DNA from: Alphaproteobacteria bacterium
GTDB lineage: Bacteria; Pseudomonadota; Alphaproteobacteria; GCA-2731375
Direction: 5' to 3'
DNA length: 64,000 nt
Assembly: GCA_965225945.1 (NCBI GenBank)
Contig: CBDDBZ010000032.1
Coordinates: 224,001 to 288,000, forward strand
Shown: positions 10,305-20,807 of the stretch, in pieces
Layout: each line of letters starts with the position of its first letter
Numbering within the stretch: position 1 is the stretch's first letter
Notes under the pieces: model-generated
The model's database searches: none
Told to the model about the DNA's origin: nothing
What the model saw: only the letters and a program-made list of their open reading frames with translations
Position numbers and translations under genes: made by a program

Positions 10305-12566
10305 ATGGCATCGAAGAGCAGTTACACCAACGACGAAGCGCTCAGGTTTCATACCGACGGGCGCCCGGGCAAGCTCGAGATTACGCCGACCAAGCCGATG
10401 GCGACGCAGCGCGATCTCAGCCTCGCCTATTCCCCGGGGGTGGCCGCGCCCTGCCTGGAGATCGAGCGCGACCCCGACACCGCCTACGACTACACCTGCA
10501 AGGGCAACCTGGTCGCTGTGATCTCCAACGGGACCGCCGTGCTCGGCCTCGGCAACATCGGCGCGCTCGCCGGCAAGCCGGTGATGGAGGGCAAGTCGGT
10601 CCTCTTCAAGCGCTTCGCCGACGTCGATGCGATCGATATCGAGGTCGGCACGGAAGACGTCGACGCCTTCGTCGAGTGCGTGCGCTATCTCGGGCCCACT
10701 TTCGGCGGCATCAACCTGGAGGACATCAAGGCCCCCGACTGCTTCATCATCGAGGAACGGCTGCGCGAGCTGCTGGACATCCCGGTGTTCCATGACGACC
10801 AGCACGGCACCGCGATCATCACCGCGGCCGGCCTGATCAACGCCATGGACCTCACCGGTCGCGACATGGCCTCGACCCGCCTGGTGGTCAACGGTGCCGG
10901 CTCGGCCGGCATCGCCTGCGCCGAACTCTTGAAAGCGATGGGCATGCCGCACGAAAACGTCGTGATGTGCGATACCCGGGGCGTGATCTATTCGGGCCGC
11001 GCCGAGGGCATGAACCAGTGGAAGTCGGCGCACGCGGTTCCGACCGACGCCCGGACCCTGGAAGAGGCCATGGTCGGCGCCGACGTCATATTGGGCCTCT
11101 CGGCCAAGGGCGCGGTGACGCCCGAGATGGTCGCCTCCATGGCCGACAAGCCGATCATCTTCGCCATGGCCAATCCGGATCCGGAGATCACGCCCGAGGC
11201 GGTGCGCGAGGTCCGCGACGACGCCATCGTCGCCACCGGCCGCTCCGATTATCCGAACCAGGTCAACAACGTGCTCGGCTTCCCCTACATCTTCCGGGGC
11301 GCGCTCGACGTCCGGGCCTCCACCATCAACGACGCGATGAAGATCGCCGCGGCCCATGCCTTGGCCGAGCTCGCGCGCGAGGACGTGCCGGACGAGGTGG
11401 CGGCGGCCTACGCGGTCGATCGGCTGCAATATGGCCCCGACTACATCATCCCCTCGCCGTTCGATCCCCGGCTGATTTCCCAAATCCCCGCGGCCGTGGC
11501 CCGCGCGGCGATCGACTCGGGCGTGGCGCGCAGCGAGATCGTCGATTTCGCGCCTTACGAGATCGAGCTCCGGGCCCGGCTCGACCCGACCATCGACACG
11601 CTGCAATTGCTGTTCACTCAGGTCCGCGCCGAGCCCAAGCGGGTGGTCTTCGCCGAGGGCGAGGAGGAGAAGGTGATCCGCGCCGCGCTCGGCTACCACG
11701 AATCGGGTTACGGCACGGCGGTGCTGATCGGGCGCGAGGACCGGGTGCGCGAAACCATGCGGCAGATCGGCATGAGCGGCTTCGAGGGCCTGGAGATCCA
11801 CAACGCGCGGATCAGCGAGGATAACGCGCGGTTCACCGATTTTCTCTACGCGCGCCTGCAGCGCCAGGGCTACCTCTACCGCGACTGTCAGCGCATGGTG
11901 AACCAGGACCGCAACATCTTCGGCGCCCTCATGGTGGCGCTGGGCGTGGCCGACGCCATGGTGACCGGCGCCACCCGCAACTATAACGTCGCCTACGAGG
12001 AGGTCCGCCGGGTGCTGGACGCGGAACCCGGACGCCGGGTCTTCGGCCTCTCGGTGATTCTCTCGCGCGACCGCACGGTGCTGGCCGCCGACACCACGGT
12101 GCACGAGCTGCCGAGCGCGGAGGAGTTGGCCGACATCGCGATGCAGACGGCGGAGGTCGCCCGCTGGCTCGGCCAGGAGCCCCGGGTCGCCTTCCTCTCG
12201 TTTTCCAACTTCGGCAATCCGCCCTGGGCCACCGGCGACAGGGTGCGCGACGCGGTCCGGCTGCTGGGCGAGCGCGAGCCGGATTTCGAGTTCGAGGGCG
12301 AGATGGCGGCGGACGTAGCACTCAACCCGGAACTCCGGCGGATCTATCCGTTCTCGCGGCTCTCGGGCCCGGCCAACGTGTTGATCATGCCGGCGCTGCA
12401 TTCGGCCTCGATCGCGTCGAAATTGATGCAGGAGCTCGGCGGCGGCGCGGTGGTCGGACCGATCCTGGTCGGCCTCGCCAAGCCGGTGCAGATCGCCGGC
12501 ATGGGCGCCACGGTGACCGATCTGGTCAACCTCGCCGCCTTCGCCGCCCGCGAGGCCGGGCGCTGA
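10305..12566 (+). CDS. maeB: NADP-dependent malic enzyme with PTA-like C-terminal domain
   Basis: [38 protein letters not shown]; start taken at MASKSSY. Confidence 0.95.
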   Translation: MASKSSYTNDEALRFHTDGRPGKLEITPTKPMATQRDLSLAYSPGVAAPCLEIERDPDTAYDYTCKGNLVAVISNGTAVLGLGNIGALAGKPVMEGKSVLFKRFADVDAIDIEVGTEDVDAFVECVRYLGPTFGGINLEDIKAPDCFIIEERLRELLDIPVFHDDQHGTAIITAAGLINAMDLTGRDMASTRLVVNGAGSAGIACAELLKAMGMPHENVVMCDTRGVIYSGRAEGMNQWKSAHAVPTDARTLEEAMVGADVILGLSAKGAVTPEMVASMADKPIIFAMANPDPEITPEAVREVRDDAIVATGRSDYPNQVNNVLGFPYIFRGALDVRASTINDAMKIAAAHALAELAREDVPDEVAAAYAVDRLQYGPDYIIPSPFDPRLISQIPAAVARAAIDSGVARSEIVDFAPYEIELRARLDPTIDTLQLLFTQVRAEPKRVVFAEGEEEKVIRAALGYHESGYGTAVLIGREDRVRETMRQIGMSGFEGLEIHNARISEDNARFTDFLYARLQRQGYLYRDCQRMVNQDRNIFGALMVALGVADAMVTGATRNYNVAYEEVRRVLDAEPGRRVFGLSVILSRDRTVLAADTTVHELPSAEELADIAMQTAEVARWLGQEPRVAFLSFSNFGNPPWATGDRVRDAVRLLGEREPDFEFEGEMAADVALNPELRRIYPFSRLSGPANVLIMPALHSASIASKLMQELGGGAVVGPILVGLAKPVQIAGMGATVTDLVNLAAFAAREAGR

Positions 12567-12768
12567 GGGGCTGAGCGGCGGATCCGGGGAGGCAGGCCCA
12601 GCCGGGGAATGGCCGAGGCGTCGCGGCGAGTTCGTTTCGGATAACTGTGATTTGCGCCCGGCGATCGATGATTTATCCCCTACATTCGCCGGAAATACCC
12701 AAGCGTGAGGGATTTGCGCAACGAAAAATAGTATAACAGAATTTCAAATACTCAAAAATACGACTCGA

Positions 12769-12826
12769 CTTCCGATCGCGTCGATTCGACGGCGCGGCTT
12801 CCGATCGCGTCGATTCGACGGCGCGG
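12769..12826. repeat. 29-bp perfect tandem repeat x2
   Basis: cttccgatcgcgtcgattcgacggcgcgg twice. Confidence 0.9.
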
Positions 12827-12875
12827 CGGCCGCGACGCCGGCTACGTGCTCGACCGCCCGCTCCGGGCGCAGAGA

Positions 12876-12934
12876 AAAAGGGGTCATTGTACTTTATTCG
12901 GCGGAACGGACTAAAAAGCAGAATGACCCCTTTT
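12876..12934. repeat. 59-bp palindromic REP/MITE-like element, copy R1
   Basis: 13-bp perfect inverted ends aaaaggggtcatt / aatgacccctttt; second copy at 14577-15672. Confidence 0.85.
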
Positions 12935-12936
12935 CC

Positions 12937-13167
12937 GGCCGGGAAATCGAACTTTCGGCGCGCGATCTCGCGCTCAGGGAGGAACTGGAAGGCGTGCTCG
13001 CTGAGGCCGGGGCGATGGTCGCGCGAAATTGCCATCTGACCTCGCGCGGCGTGGCCCATCATCTGGCGCGAAGCGGAGAATTCCGTTTCAAGGAAGCGAC
13101 GCTCAGGGAAATCGTCGGCCGTCGCTACCCGCCCTTGCGCCGCCTGGGAATTCTCGGCGGGACCTGA
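12937..13167 (+). pseudogene. Headless C-terminal gene fragment, unknown protein
   Basis: 77 open codons GREIELSARDLALREELEG...GRRYPPLRRLGILGGT*, starting at the R1 end with no start codon there. Confidence 0.45.
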
Positions 13168-13179
13168 TCGCGGCGCGGC

Positions 13180-14564
13180 TCAGAGCGCGATGCCTTCCTC
13201 GCGGGCGAAGGCCTCCAGCCGCTCGCGGCAGCTCGGGTCGGGCAGCTCGATCAGCGCCTCGACGAAGGGGCCGAGGCGGGCGAGGTCGACGCCGCGCACC
13301 ATCCGTTTCACCGGTCCGATCGAGGCGGCGGCCGTGGAAATGGCGCGAAAGCCGAGGCCGATCAGGGCCAGGGCCTCGATCGGCCGGCCGGCCGCGTCGC
13401 CACAGACGCTCAGCGGAATATCCGCCGCCTCGCAGCGCACGACGACGTCGCGCAACAGGCCGAGGGCGGCCGGACTCAGCACGCCGTAACGTCCCGCGAG
13501 CCGGGGATTGCCGCGGTCGCTGGCGAACAGGAACTGCATCAAATCGTTGCTGCCGATGGAGATGAAATCGACCTCCCCCAACAGCGTCGGCAATTGCCAG
13601 ACCAGGGCCGGCACCTCGAGCATGGTGCCCACCCGGATCCGGACCGGCAACGCCTCGTCCAGCTTGCGCTGGCGCCGCACCTCGCGGTCGAGCAGCGCGC
13701 GGGCTTGGCGAAACTCGGCGACGTCGGCGATCATCGGGAACATGACGTTGAGCCGGCGCCCCGCCGCCGCGCGAAGCAGCGCGCGAAGCTGCATCCTGAG
13801 CAGGACCGGCCGGTCGAGCGAGAGGCGAATCGCCCGCCACCCCATCGCCGGGTTGGGCTCGTCGTGGCGGGCGAGGTAGGGCAGCACCTTGTCGCCGCCG
13901 ACGTCGAGGGTGCGGAACAGCACCGGCCGTTCGCCGGCGGCATCGAGGACCTGGCCATAGAGGCTCGCCTGCGCGGCGACGTTGGGCATGGTCGCGCGAA
14001 CCATGAAGTGCAGCTCGGTCCGATAGAGCCCGATGCCGTCGGCGCCGGTCTCCGCGAAGTGCGTTAGATCCACCAGCAGACCCGCGTTCATGGCGAGCTC
14101 GATGCGGACGCCGTCCTTGGTCTCGCCGGGCAGGTCGCGGAGCACGTCATATTGCGCGACCTCCGCCTCCCGGTTCGCCAGGCTTTGCGCGAAGGCGGCC
14201 TCGACGTCGGCGGCGGGGCGGAGGAAGACTTGGCTATGATCGCCGTCGACCAGGATGGTGTCGCCCGGATCGACGTGTTCGAGCAGGCGATCGATCCGCC
14301 CGATCACCGGAATTTGCAAGGCCCGGGCGACGATGGCGACATGGGCGATGGGCGAGCCCTCCTCCAGCACCAGGGCGCGCAGACGCGACTCGCCATAATC
14401 CAGCAGCTCCGCCGGCCCGAGGTTGTGGGCGACCAGGACGGCGTCGTCGGGAAGCGCGTCGGCGGCGGCGGAATCGGCGTGGCCGGTGAGCGTCCGCAGC
14501 AGCCGGTTGGAGAGGTCGTCGAGATCGTGCAGGCGTTCGCGCAGATAGGGATCGGCGATCTCGG
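13180..14564 (-). pseudogene. ptsP: Duplicated 3' half of ptsP (no GAF domain, no native start)
   Basis: 13179-14564 matches 20965-22350; one difference seen (13334 g vs 21120 a, Met->Thr). Confidence 0.93.
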
Positions 14565-14595
14565 AAAAAAGGGGAAAAAAGGGGTCATTGTACTT

Positions 14596-15624
14596 CCTGA
14601 TTACGCACTAACCTCAGCCAACTTCAGGAGCCGATATGGCATGGGCGGCGTGCGCAGGGCATCGCGGCCGAGGGCTTCGATCATGTCGGCGAGCCGGTAG
14701 CGGCGGTTGTATCGGTACTGGAATGCCGCCAGATAGCGCGGCACATGCTTGGGTCGGATCGCATGGTAGGTACCGCGCAGGGTGTTTTTGAGGTTGCCGA
14801 GGGTGGTGTTGACCCATTTGAAGGCGGGCACGGCGACGGCCCCGGGTCCGGAGCCGGTGGATATCGGATGATGCGCACAGCCCCGCGTGGTGACGGCGGT
14901 GAAGCAGTTGAGCCCGTCGCTGAAAACGGTCGCCCCAGGGCTCAGGTCGCGCTTGGCCATCTTGGCGATCTCTCTCTTGCGGAAGCCCTTGACGCGGCGC
15001 AGCTTGATGCGCACGGGCTGGCCCTCCGCCGTGGTCTGGACGGCGGCGACGAACGGCGTCTTGCCCGGCGCGCCCCGGCCGCGCTTGGCCCCGGAACGGC
15101 GGCCGCCGAGGTGGGCATCGTCCATCTCCACCCGCCCGGTGAGCGGCAATTTGGCATCGCGCTCGAGCATGGACTGCATCAGTTTCTGCTTGATCTTCCA
15201 GGCCGTGGTCTGGGTGACGCCGAGCCGCCGGCCGAGTTCGAGGGAGGAGATCCCTTTCTTCGATTGGGTCATGTGATAGATCGCCGAGAACCACAGGGTC
15301 AGCGCCAGCTTGGTCGCGTGGAAGAGCGTGCCGGCGGTCAGCGAGACTTGATGACGGCAGGCGGCGCATTGGTAGAGTTTTCGCCCGGCGATCTCGCAAT
15401 GGCGCGTGGCGCCACATCGGGGCAGGCGAACCCCTCCGGCCAGCGCCAGCGGAAAAGGGCCTCGCGACACTGCTCCTCGGTACCGTACAACTCACGAAAA
15501 CGCGGCTCGCTGAGCCCCTTCTGGAACTGAACCTTGTTGCGTGGCATTGTGAATCTCCAGAAAAACCGCCATTTGTTCATTATTTGTACCACATCAACCC
15601 GGCTGAGTAAAGTGCGTAATCAGG
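14596..15624 (-). mobile_element. IS1595-family insertion sequence (1029 bp)
   Basis: 24-bp imperfect TIRs cctgattacgcact(aac/tta)ctcagcc; 8-bp TSD ttgtactt at 14588-14595 and 15625-15632. Confidence 0.93.
14601..15547 (-). pseudogene. IS1595 transposase, frameshifted at ~15420
   Basis: [20 protein letters not shown] then [11 protein letters not shown] zinc ribbon in another frame; VEMDDAH, FSDGL, YRYNRR motifs. Confidence 0.88.
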
Positions 15625-15680
15625 TTGTACTTTATTCAACGGAACGGGCCAAAAAGCAGAATGACCCCTTTTCTCCCAGT

Positions 15681-15785
15681 CACCTGACCACCCGCCAGTT
15701 CGGCCGGGCCTGCAAGGCGGCGGCGCTCGCCGCCGGGATCGATAAGCGGGTCTCCCTTCACACCTTGCGTCATTCCGTCGCCATC
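15681..15785 (+). pseudogene. Tyrosine recombinase fragment
   Basis: HLTTRQFGRACKAAALAAGIDKRVSLHTLRHSVA (HxLRH box II); both ends missing. Confidence 0.75.
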
Positions 15786-15920
15786 CGTCTCTACGGGTGG
15801 TCTAGCGGCGTTGAGGACCTATTGCGGTGGATACTCAAAAAGTGGATCGGCAGGTGCCGGCGCGATAAAGCGCGGTGTGCCAGCTGCGAGGGTGTCCTCG
15901 AGGTAAGCGTCAGCGGCTGT

Positions 15921-17821
15921 CTATTGGTCCTTCAGGCGAACGATGTTGTATGCGGCGACAGGTCGGTGAAAGCCTTTCAGTGTAAGGTTTCCGACCGGCT
16001 CCGAGACCACCAGGGCTTCTACTTTCGTGTTGACGGACTGGCTAATTAGGGTCTGCCCGGCTTTAGCGTCATCGCACAGCCGGGAAGCAAGATTTGTTAC
16101 GCTGCCGATGGCCGAATAATCGAAACGTCCCTCGAATCCGATCCTTCCCAGTGTTGCATAACCTTGGGAAATCCCCACGCCAAAGCCCAACTGATGGCCG
16201 TGCTTCGGCCATTTCCCGATTAGCGCATCGACACACTCGTGCATGGCCACCGCCATGCGTACCGCCCGCGCCTCCGCATCAGGGCACGGCAAGGGATCAT
16301 TGAAAAAACCATCAGTCCGTCGCCGATAAAGCTATCTAAGGTTCCCTCAAATCGGAATATCAGGGATCCCAAGGCACTGTGATATTCAGAAAGAACCTCC
16401 ATGACCGCTTCCGGCTCGGCTGTCTCGGCGAAAGCCGTAAATCCCCGTAAGTCGCAGAAGACCACGGTAATCTCCCGGCGGTGGCTTTCAAGGAGATGCT
16501 CGTCACCGGAGGAGACTATAAGGTCCGCAAGCTGAGGGGGAAGGAATCGCTTTAACCTCCCCGCTCGCTCGAGTTCGTCAAGCTGCTCGCTCACCCGTTG
16601 CTCCAGCTGCCGGTTCCACTCGGCAAGTTCGACTGACTGAGTCTCGAGCCGAGTGGCCTGTTTCTGAACCGTCTGGTGCGCCTCGCTCAGTTCGCGGGTT
16701 CTCTCCTCGACCCTCTGCTCTAGGTGGGCGTAGGACTCCTGGAGCTGGGCGGTCATGTGATTAAATTGATCCGCTAAGGCCTCCAGCTCGTCGCCGGTCC
16801 GAATGTCAATACGTCGGCTTAGATCACCCGCACCAATCCGCGCCGCCTCGCTCTGCAGAGCCCGAATGGGTATGACCATCTTTCGGACCAGAAGGAGACT
16901 CGCGAGCGCCGACAAAAACACGCCCAGTAACAAGAGCACCATCATCCGGAGGATGGAGGAATAAAGCGGTGCAAAGGCCTCATTCAGCGGCGATTCTACA
17001 AAGACAATCCACCCCAACGGCCCCATGGCCGCGTGTGCCGTGAGCACTTGGACACCACTAATGTTTGATGCGATTACGGCCTCGTTTCGCTCCTCGACGG
17101 GAGTCGATGGAGCCGTGCGGGCGGCTTCGACCTGCGGTAGCGAGGAGAGGTCGGTTTGGCGCAACACCAGACTGATGTCCGGATGGGCAATGAGACGACC
17201 TTGCGAATCAACCACATAGGCATACCCGGCTTTGCCGACCTTGATCGCTAGAATCACATCCCACATAAATTTGAGATTGACCTCGGCAACGTTTACGCCC
17301 GAATTCTTTGCCCTATCCGCCATCGCGAGGGTTAGGTACGGTTCAGATTCCTGGCGGAAATACACGGGGCTGTAGTAGGTCCTCAGGGCCTTGGCCTCCA
17401 GAAACTCCGGCGCCCACGAAAAATCCTTCTTGCTTCCCACGACATCCATGGCCAAGCGGGAGACTCGGAGTTGCTCTTTACCCGATGGATCGAGGTGAAT
17501 GATTTCCATTATCGCTGGGACCTGCCGGAGCAAACGCAGATAATCTAAACGCCGCTGCTCCAGGCCCTCTGTGTCCAAGACAAACGGTAATTGCGTCGTC
17601 CAACCAAGCTGGCGTTCAAATTGATGCATAAACTGCTGGATCGTCGAGGCGGCCGCCGTAGCTATTTCACTCTGGATTCGCGCCAGAGCGGTCTTGTTCT
17701 CCTGGTAGGAGAAATATATCTCAAGGCCACCGCTAGCCAGCAGAACCCCGCTTATCAGGGGTACAAAAAGGACAACGTACTTCCAGAATAGCCGGCCCCG
17801 AGTCTTACGCTGATATACCAT
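15921..17821 (-). pseudogene. Cache-HAMP class III adenylate/guanylate cyclase, frameshifted at ~16305 (or sequencing error)
   Basis: TM-Cache (YYSPVY, GYAYVVDSQGRLIAHPD)-TM-HAMP (DELEALADQFNHM)-TVVFCDLRGFT..IGDG; continues in 15921-16292 frame (DYSAIGSVTNLASRL). Confidence 0.88.
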
Positions 17822-18008
17822 GATGCTGTTCCGCCCGGACGAACAGTCGCATCCCTTTTTAGACGACTTTAGTCGCCAAAAGAGGAATGGACCAGAGCAT
17901 CGTTCGGCCGAGAGCTTGGCACTGTAACCACGCCGGCGCACTGGCAAGGACACGCCCGTCCATCATGGACAGGCTCTCGACGTTGGTCTGCGCGACGTCC
18001 GATTGTGA

Positions 18009-18416
18009 TCACATCGCCGGAGCTTCGATGACCGTCACCTCCGTATCCGTAACCTGCTGGATCGTCGGGCCGGTGATGGTAAGAAACTCCAGGTTGACGC
18101 CGGCCTTCGCACCCGGCACGAGAACCGGCTCCTTGGTTGAGGCGGTGGCCTTCCCGAGCAAGGTCCTTTCGGGACCGTATGCTTTGCCAGCAACCCGGAT
18201 TTGCCCAAGGACAACCCCAGCCAGGTTCTCTATGGTTGCCTTGACGTGCAAATGATTTCCCGCGCACACGTACATCCCTGGATCCAGCCCTGGGTGAAGC
18301 CCGACGCTGTCAATCGCCACCGTAACTCGATCCTTCATGTTCGCGGCATGGCCAGGAGCAAATGCCCCAAGGATGATGATGAGAGCTGCAATCGCTGAGA
18401 CCAGTGTTTGCTTCAT
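18009..18416 (-). CDS. Small secreted beta-rich protein (FxLYD-like)
   Basis: Signal peptide; VKATIEN..VAGKAYGPERTLLG..LVPGAK pattern. Confidence 0.6.
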   Translation of the reverse strand: MKQTLVSAIAALIIILGAFAPGHAANMKDRVTVAIDSVGLHPGLDPGMYVCAGNHLHVKATIENLAGVVLGQIRVAGKAYGPERTLLGKATASTKEPVLVPGAKAGVNLEFLTITGPTIQQVTDTEVTVIEAPAM

Positions 18417-18519
18417 TTTGTCGTTCTCCTCTATTAGTCCACATTGACCAGATGCTTGGAATAACGCTGCGGGTTAAGCGGTATCGATCATTCCCGCTTT
18501 ATTTACGCGCTCCCATTAG

Positions 18520-19497
18520 CTATTCGATGATGCGATCGGCTCGAAACAAGACCGTTTGCGGCACTTGCAGGCCAATCTTCTTCGCTGTCTTGAGGTTGAT
18601 GACGAACTCAATCCGATCGGGGCGTTCGACAGGCAATTTATGGGGCGCGGTCCCGGTCAGAATTCTAGCAGCCAGACGGCCGGCCTGTCGCCCCTGAAGA
18701 TACTGGTCGGGCCCGTACGAGGCGAGCGCGCCATACTTCGTCCAGAACGAAGACGGATACATATTGGGCAGGTTGTTGGAGGTAGCTACCTCGAGGCTTC
18801 GCCCAGGGATATTGAGGTTCAGGCCGGACTGAACAACCAAAATTCCATCGCGGCCGCCCTCCTTCAGCGCAGCAAGCGCGGGCTCCATATCCAACCGATC
18901 CAGTATCGCGTGTTCGAGCAGCGTCAGACCGAGTTGGCTTGCCGCGATTCTTGCGAACTTGACCGCCTCCTGCTCTTCCGGCTCCCGCGGGTCATAGGTC
19001 ACCAGAACTTGGCGCAGAGATGGGACCACTTCCTTGAAAAGCGCCAAACGCTTTGCGCTTAGTTCCGCCCGCAGGCTCGCGATCCCCGTGATGTTCCCTC
19101 CCGGTCGGGCCAGGCTTTCCACCAACCCAATCGCGACAGGATCACTAACCTGGGTGAACACTATGGGAATAGCGGCCGTCGCCTGCTGACACGCCCGAGC
19201 ATCGGGACCGGCAACACAGTACAATATGTCCAGTTCTTGGGCGACCAACTCCGCCGCGAGCTCCGCCAAGCGAGTCGGATCACCCTTGGCGGCTCGCGCC
19301 ACAAAGATGATGTCTTGCCCTTCCACGTAACCCAATTTCTCGAGTGCGTCCCGAAATCCCTCGGTGTTGCTATGCCACGGCGCCCATGCCGTGGTTAAGA
19401 TCCCGATTCGAAAAGCCTCGGGCTCCTTAGCTAGCCCCAGGGGCAGGGCGTAGAGTAGAAACGCCAGTAGCCCTCCGATAGCCAAGGTTTTGGACAT
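18520..19497 (-). CDS. ABC-type substrate-binding protein (ABC_sub_bind family), orphan
   Basis: LGYVEGQDI, DPVAIGLVESLARPGGNITG, LPVERPDRIEFVINLKTAKKIG. Confidence 0.9.
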   Translation of the reverse strand: MSKTLAIGGLLAFLLYALPLGLAKEPEAFRIGILTTAWAPWHSNTEGFRDALEKLGYVEGQDIIFVARAAKGDPTRLAELAAELVAQELDILYCVAGPDARACQQATAAIPIVFTQVSDPVAIGLVESLARPGGNITGIASLRAELSAKRLALFKEVVPSLRQVLVTYDPREPEEQEAVKFARIAASQLGLTLLEHAILDRLDMEPALAALKEGGRDGILVVQSGLNLNIPGRSLEVATSNNLPNMYPSSFWTKYGALASYGPDQYLQGRQAGRLAARILTGTAPHKLPVERPDRIEFVINLKTAKKIGLQVPQTVLFRADRIIE

Positions 19498-19584
19498 CCA
19501 TATCTCGCGCTTCGGACTGCCGATCCCGGGCATCAGCATAGCCATCTGGGCTCGCGACGACAACTTGGAACTTGAGGCGCGTGG

Positions 19585-20807
19585 CACAGTACACGACTCG
19601 TTCATGCTGGCTTTGGCCTGGGCACCTGGACTGGTGGTTTTCCGGGGACGAGGAAACGAATCAGCTCAATGGCTTGACGCCTGTCGATAGGATTGACGAG
19701 CTGTCGCCTTATCCACTCGAAACCGTATCGGAAGATGGATTTTGCCATCCTTTTGTGGGTTTTGAGGCGGATCGGCTCGGCCTCGTGGAGCCAATCGCCG
19801 ACTTTGTGCGCCCAGCAGAAGGTGATGGAAAGGACGGCGGTGAGCTTGGAGATGCGCTCCGGGTCGGTCATGTGGGTGTCTTCGAGGTTGAAGCCACGGG
19901 TTTTCAAGGCGGCGAAGAGGGTCTCGATTTGCCAGCGCTGGGCGTAGATGGCCAAGGCCTCCTCGGGCGCGTCGTTGGTCACGACGATCAACAGTTCGCC
20001 GGTCTTGAGATGGAGCGCGGCGACGAAGACGGGCCTGGCCTTGGGTTTTCTGGCCTCCGAGAGGCGCCTGGCGTTGGAGAGGATGCGGCTTTCCCCGGGT
20101 TTGAGGTCGCGAAACAGCTCCCTCGCCTTGACCATGCGACCACGCGTGTTGGCGATCTTGATGTTGGATCGGATGCGGATGTGAAAGGGGATGGCCTTTT
20201 CCTGCAACCATGCCAGCCAGGCGTCGCCGATGAATTCCCGGTCGGCCAGGAGGCTGGCGATCTTGTCGACCCCGAAGAGCCGGAGGACGTGTTCGAGGAT
20301 CGCGATCCGCTCCTTGGTATTGGAATTGCCCGCCTTGTCGAGCACCCGCCAGCACACGGGAATGGCGATGGCGCGGTTGACGATGCCGATCATCAAGATG
20401 TTGACGTCGCGGCGACCCAGCCGCCAGTTGGTCCGGTCCATGGTCAGCCGCCACGGCCCCGCCTGGAGCCCCATCATCGCGACCAGGAACTCGGCGAGGC
20501 GATCGTAATCGAAATCGACTTGCTCGAAAAACCGTTGCAGGCGCCGATAGTTGGAGCTGGATCGCGCGCGCCCCGGAAAGTGGCAGGCCAAGTGAGAGAG
20601 GTTCACCGTCCGGGCGACGAACACGCCGAAGACCAAGACGCAAAGGCTCTCCAGACGGCTCTTGCGAAAGGCGAAGCCGCATCGTAGCGTCTCACGCAGG
20701 GCGTTGATCGGGTTGTCTCGCATGATTTCCCTCTTGACTCGTCGTGGAGTGAATCGGGAATCCTACAACCTTTTCAACGTCCTACGTAAATGCCGTCGTG
20801 TACCATG
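19585..20807 (-). mobile_element. IS4-family insertion sequence (1223 bp)
   Basis: TIRs cacagtacacgac / catggtacacgac; 9-bp TSD ggcgcgtgg at 19576-19584 and 20808-20816. Confidence 0.92.
19602..20723 (-). CDS. IS4-family DDE transposase, intact
   Basis: MDRTNW, LADREFIG, YAQRWQIETLFAALK (YREK motif). Confidence 0.92.
   Translation of the reverse strand: MRDNPINALRETLRCGFAFRKSRLESLCVLVFGVFVARTVNLSHLACHFPGRARSSSNYRRLQRFFEQVDFDYDRLAEFLVAMMGLQAGPWRLTMDRTNWRLGRRDVNILMIGIVNRAIAIPVCWRVLDKAGNSNTKERIAILEHVLRLFGVDKIASLLADREFIGDAWLAWLQEKAIPFHIRIRSNIKIANTRGRMVKARELFRDLKPGESRILSNARRLSEARKPKARPVFVAALHLKTGELLIVVTNDAPEEALAIYAQRWQIETLFAALKTRGFNLEDTHMTDPERISKLTAVLSITFCWAHKVGDWLHEAEPIRLKTHKRMAKSIFRYGFEWIRRQLVNPIDRRQAIELIRFLVPGKPPVQVPRPKPA

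Larger units (their letters stand above)
14577..15672. repeat. 59-bp palindromic element copy R2, split by IS1595
   Basis: Removing the IS and one TSD copy restores 59 bp with 4 mismatches to R1; left end preceded by duplicated aaaaaagggg. Confidence 0.85.

Noticed and set aside
13180-14370. 396-aa ORF as a separate functional Enzyme I (ptsI)
   Set aside because: It is a near-exact internal copy of ptsP that starts mid-domain with no native start or promoter
12769-15672. CRISPR array or integron attC interpretation of the repeats
   Set aside because: No regularly spaced repeat-spacer series, no cas genes, no RYYYAAC/GTTRRRY attC ends and no intact integron integrase
15921-17821. Cyclase as a Pycsar/CBASS defence system
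   Set aside because: Cache-HAMP receptor architecture and no adjacent cNMP-binding TIR or TM effector
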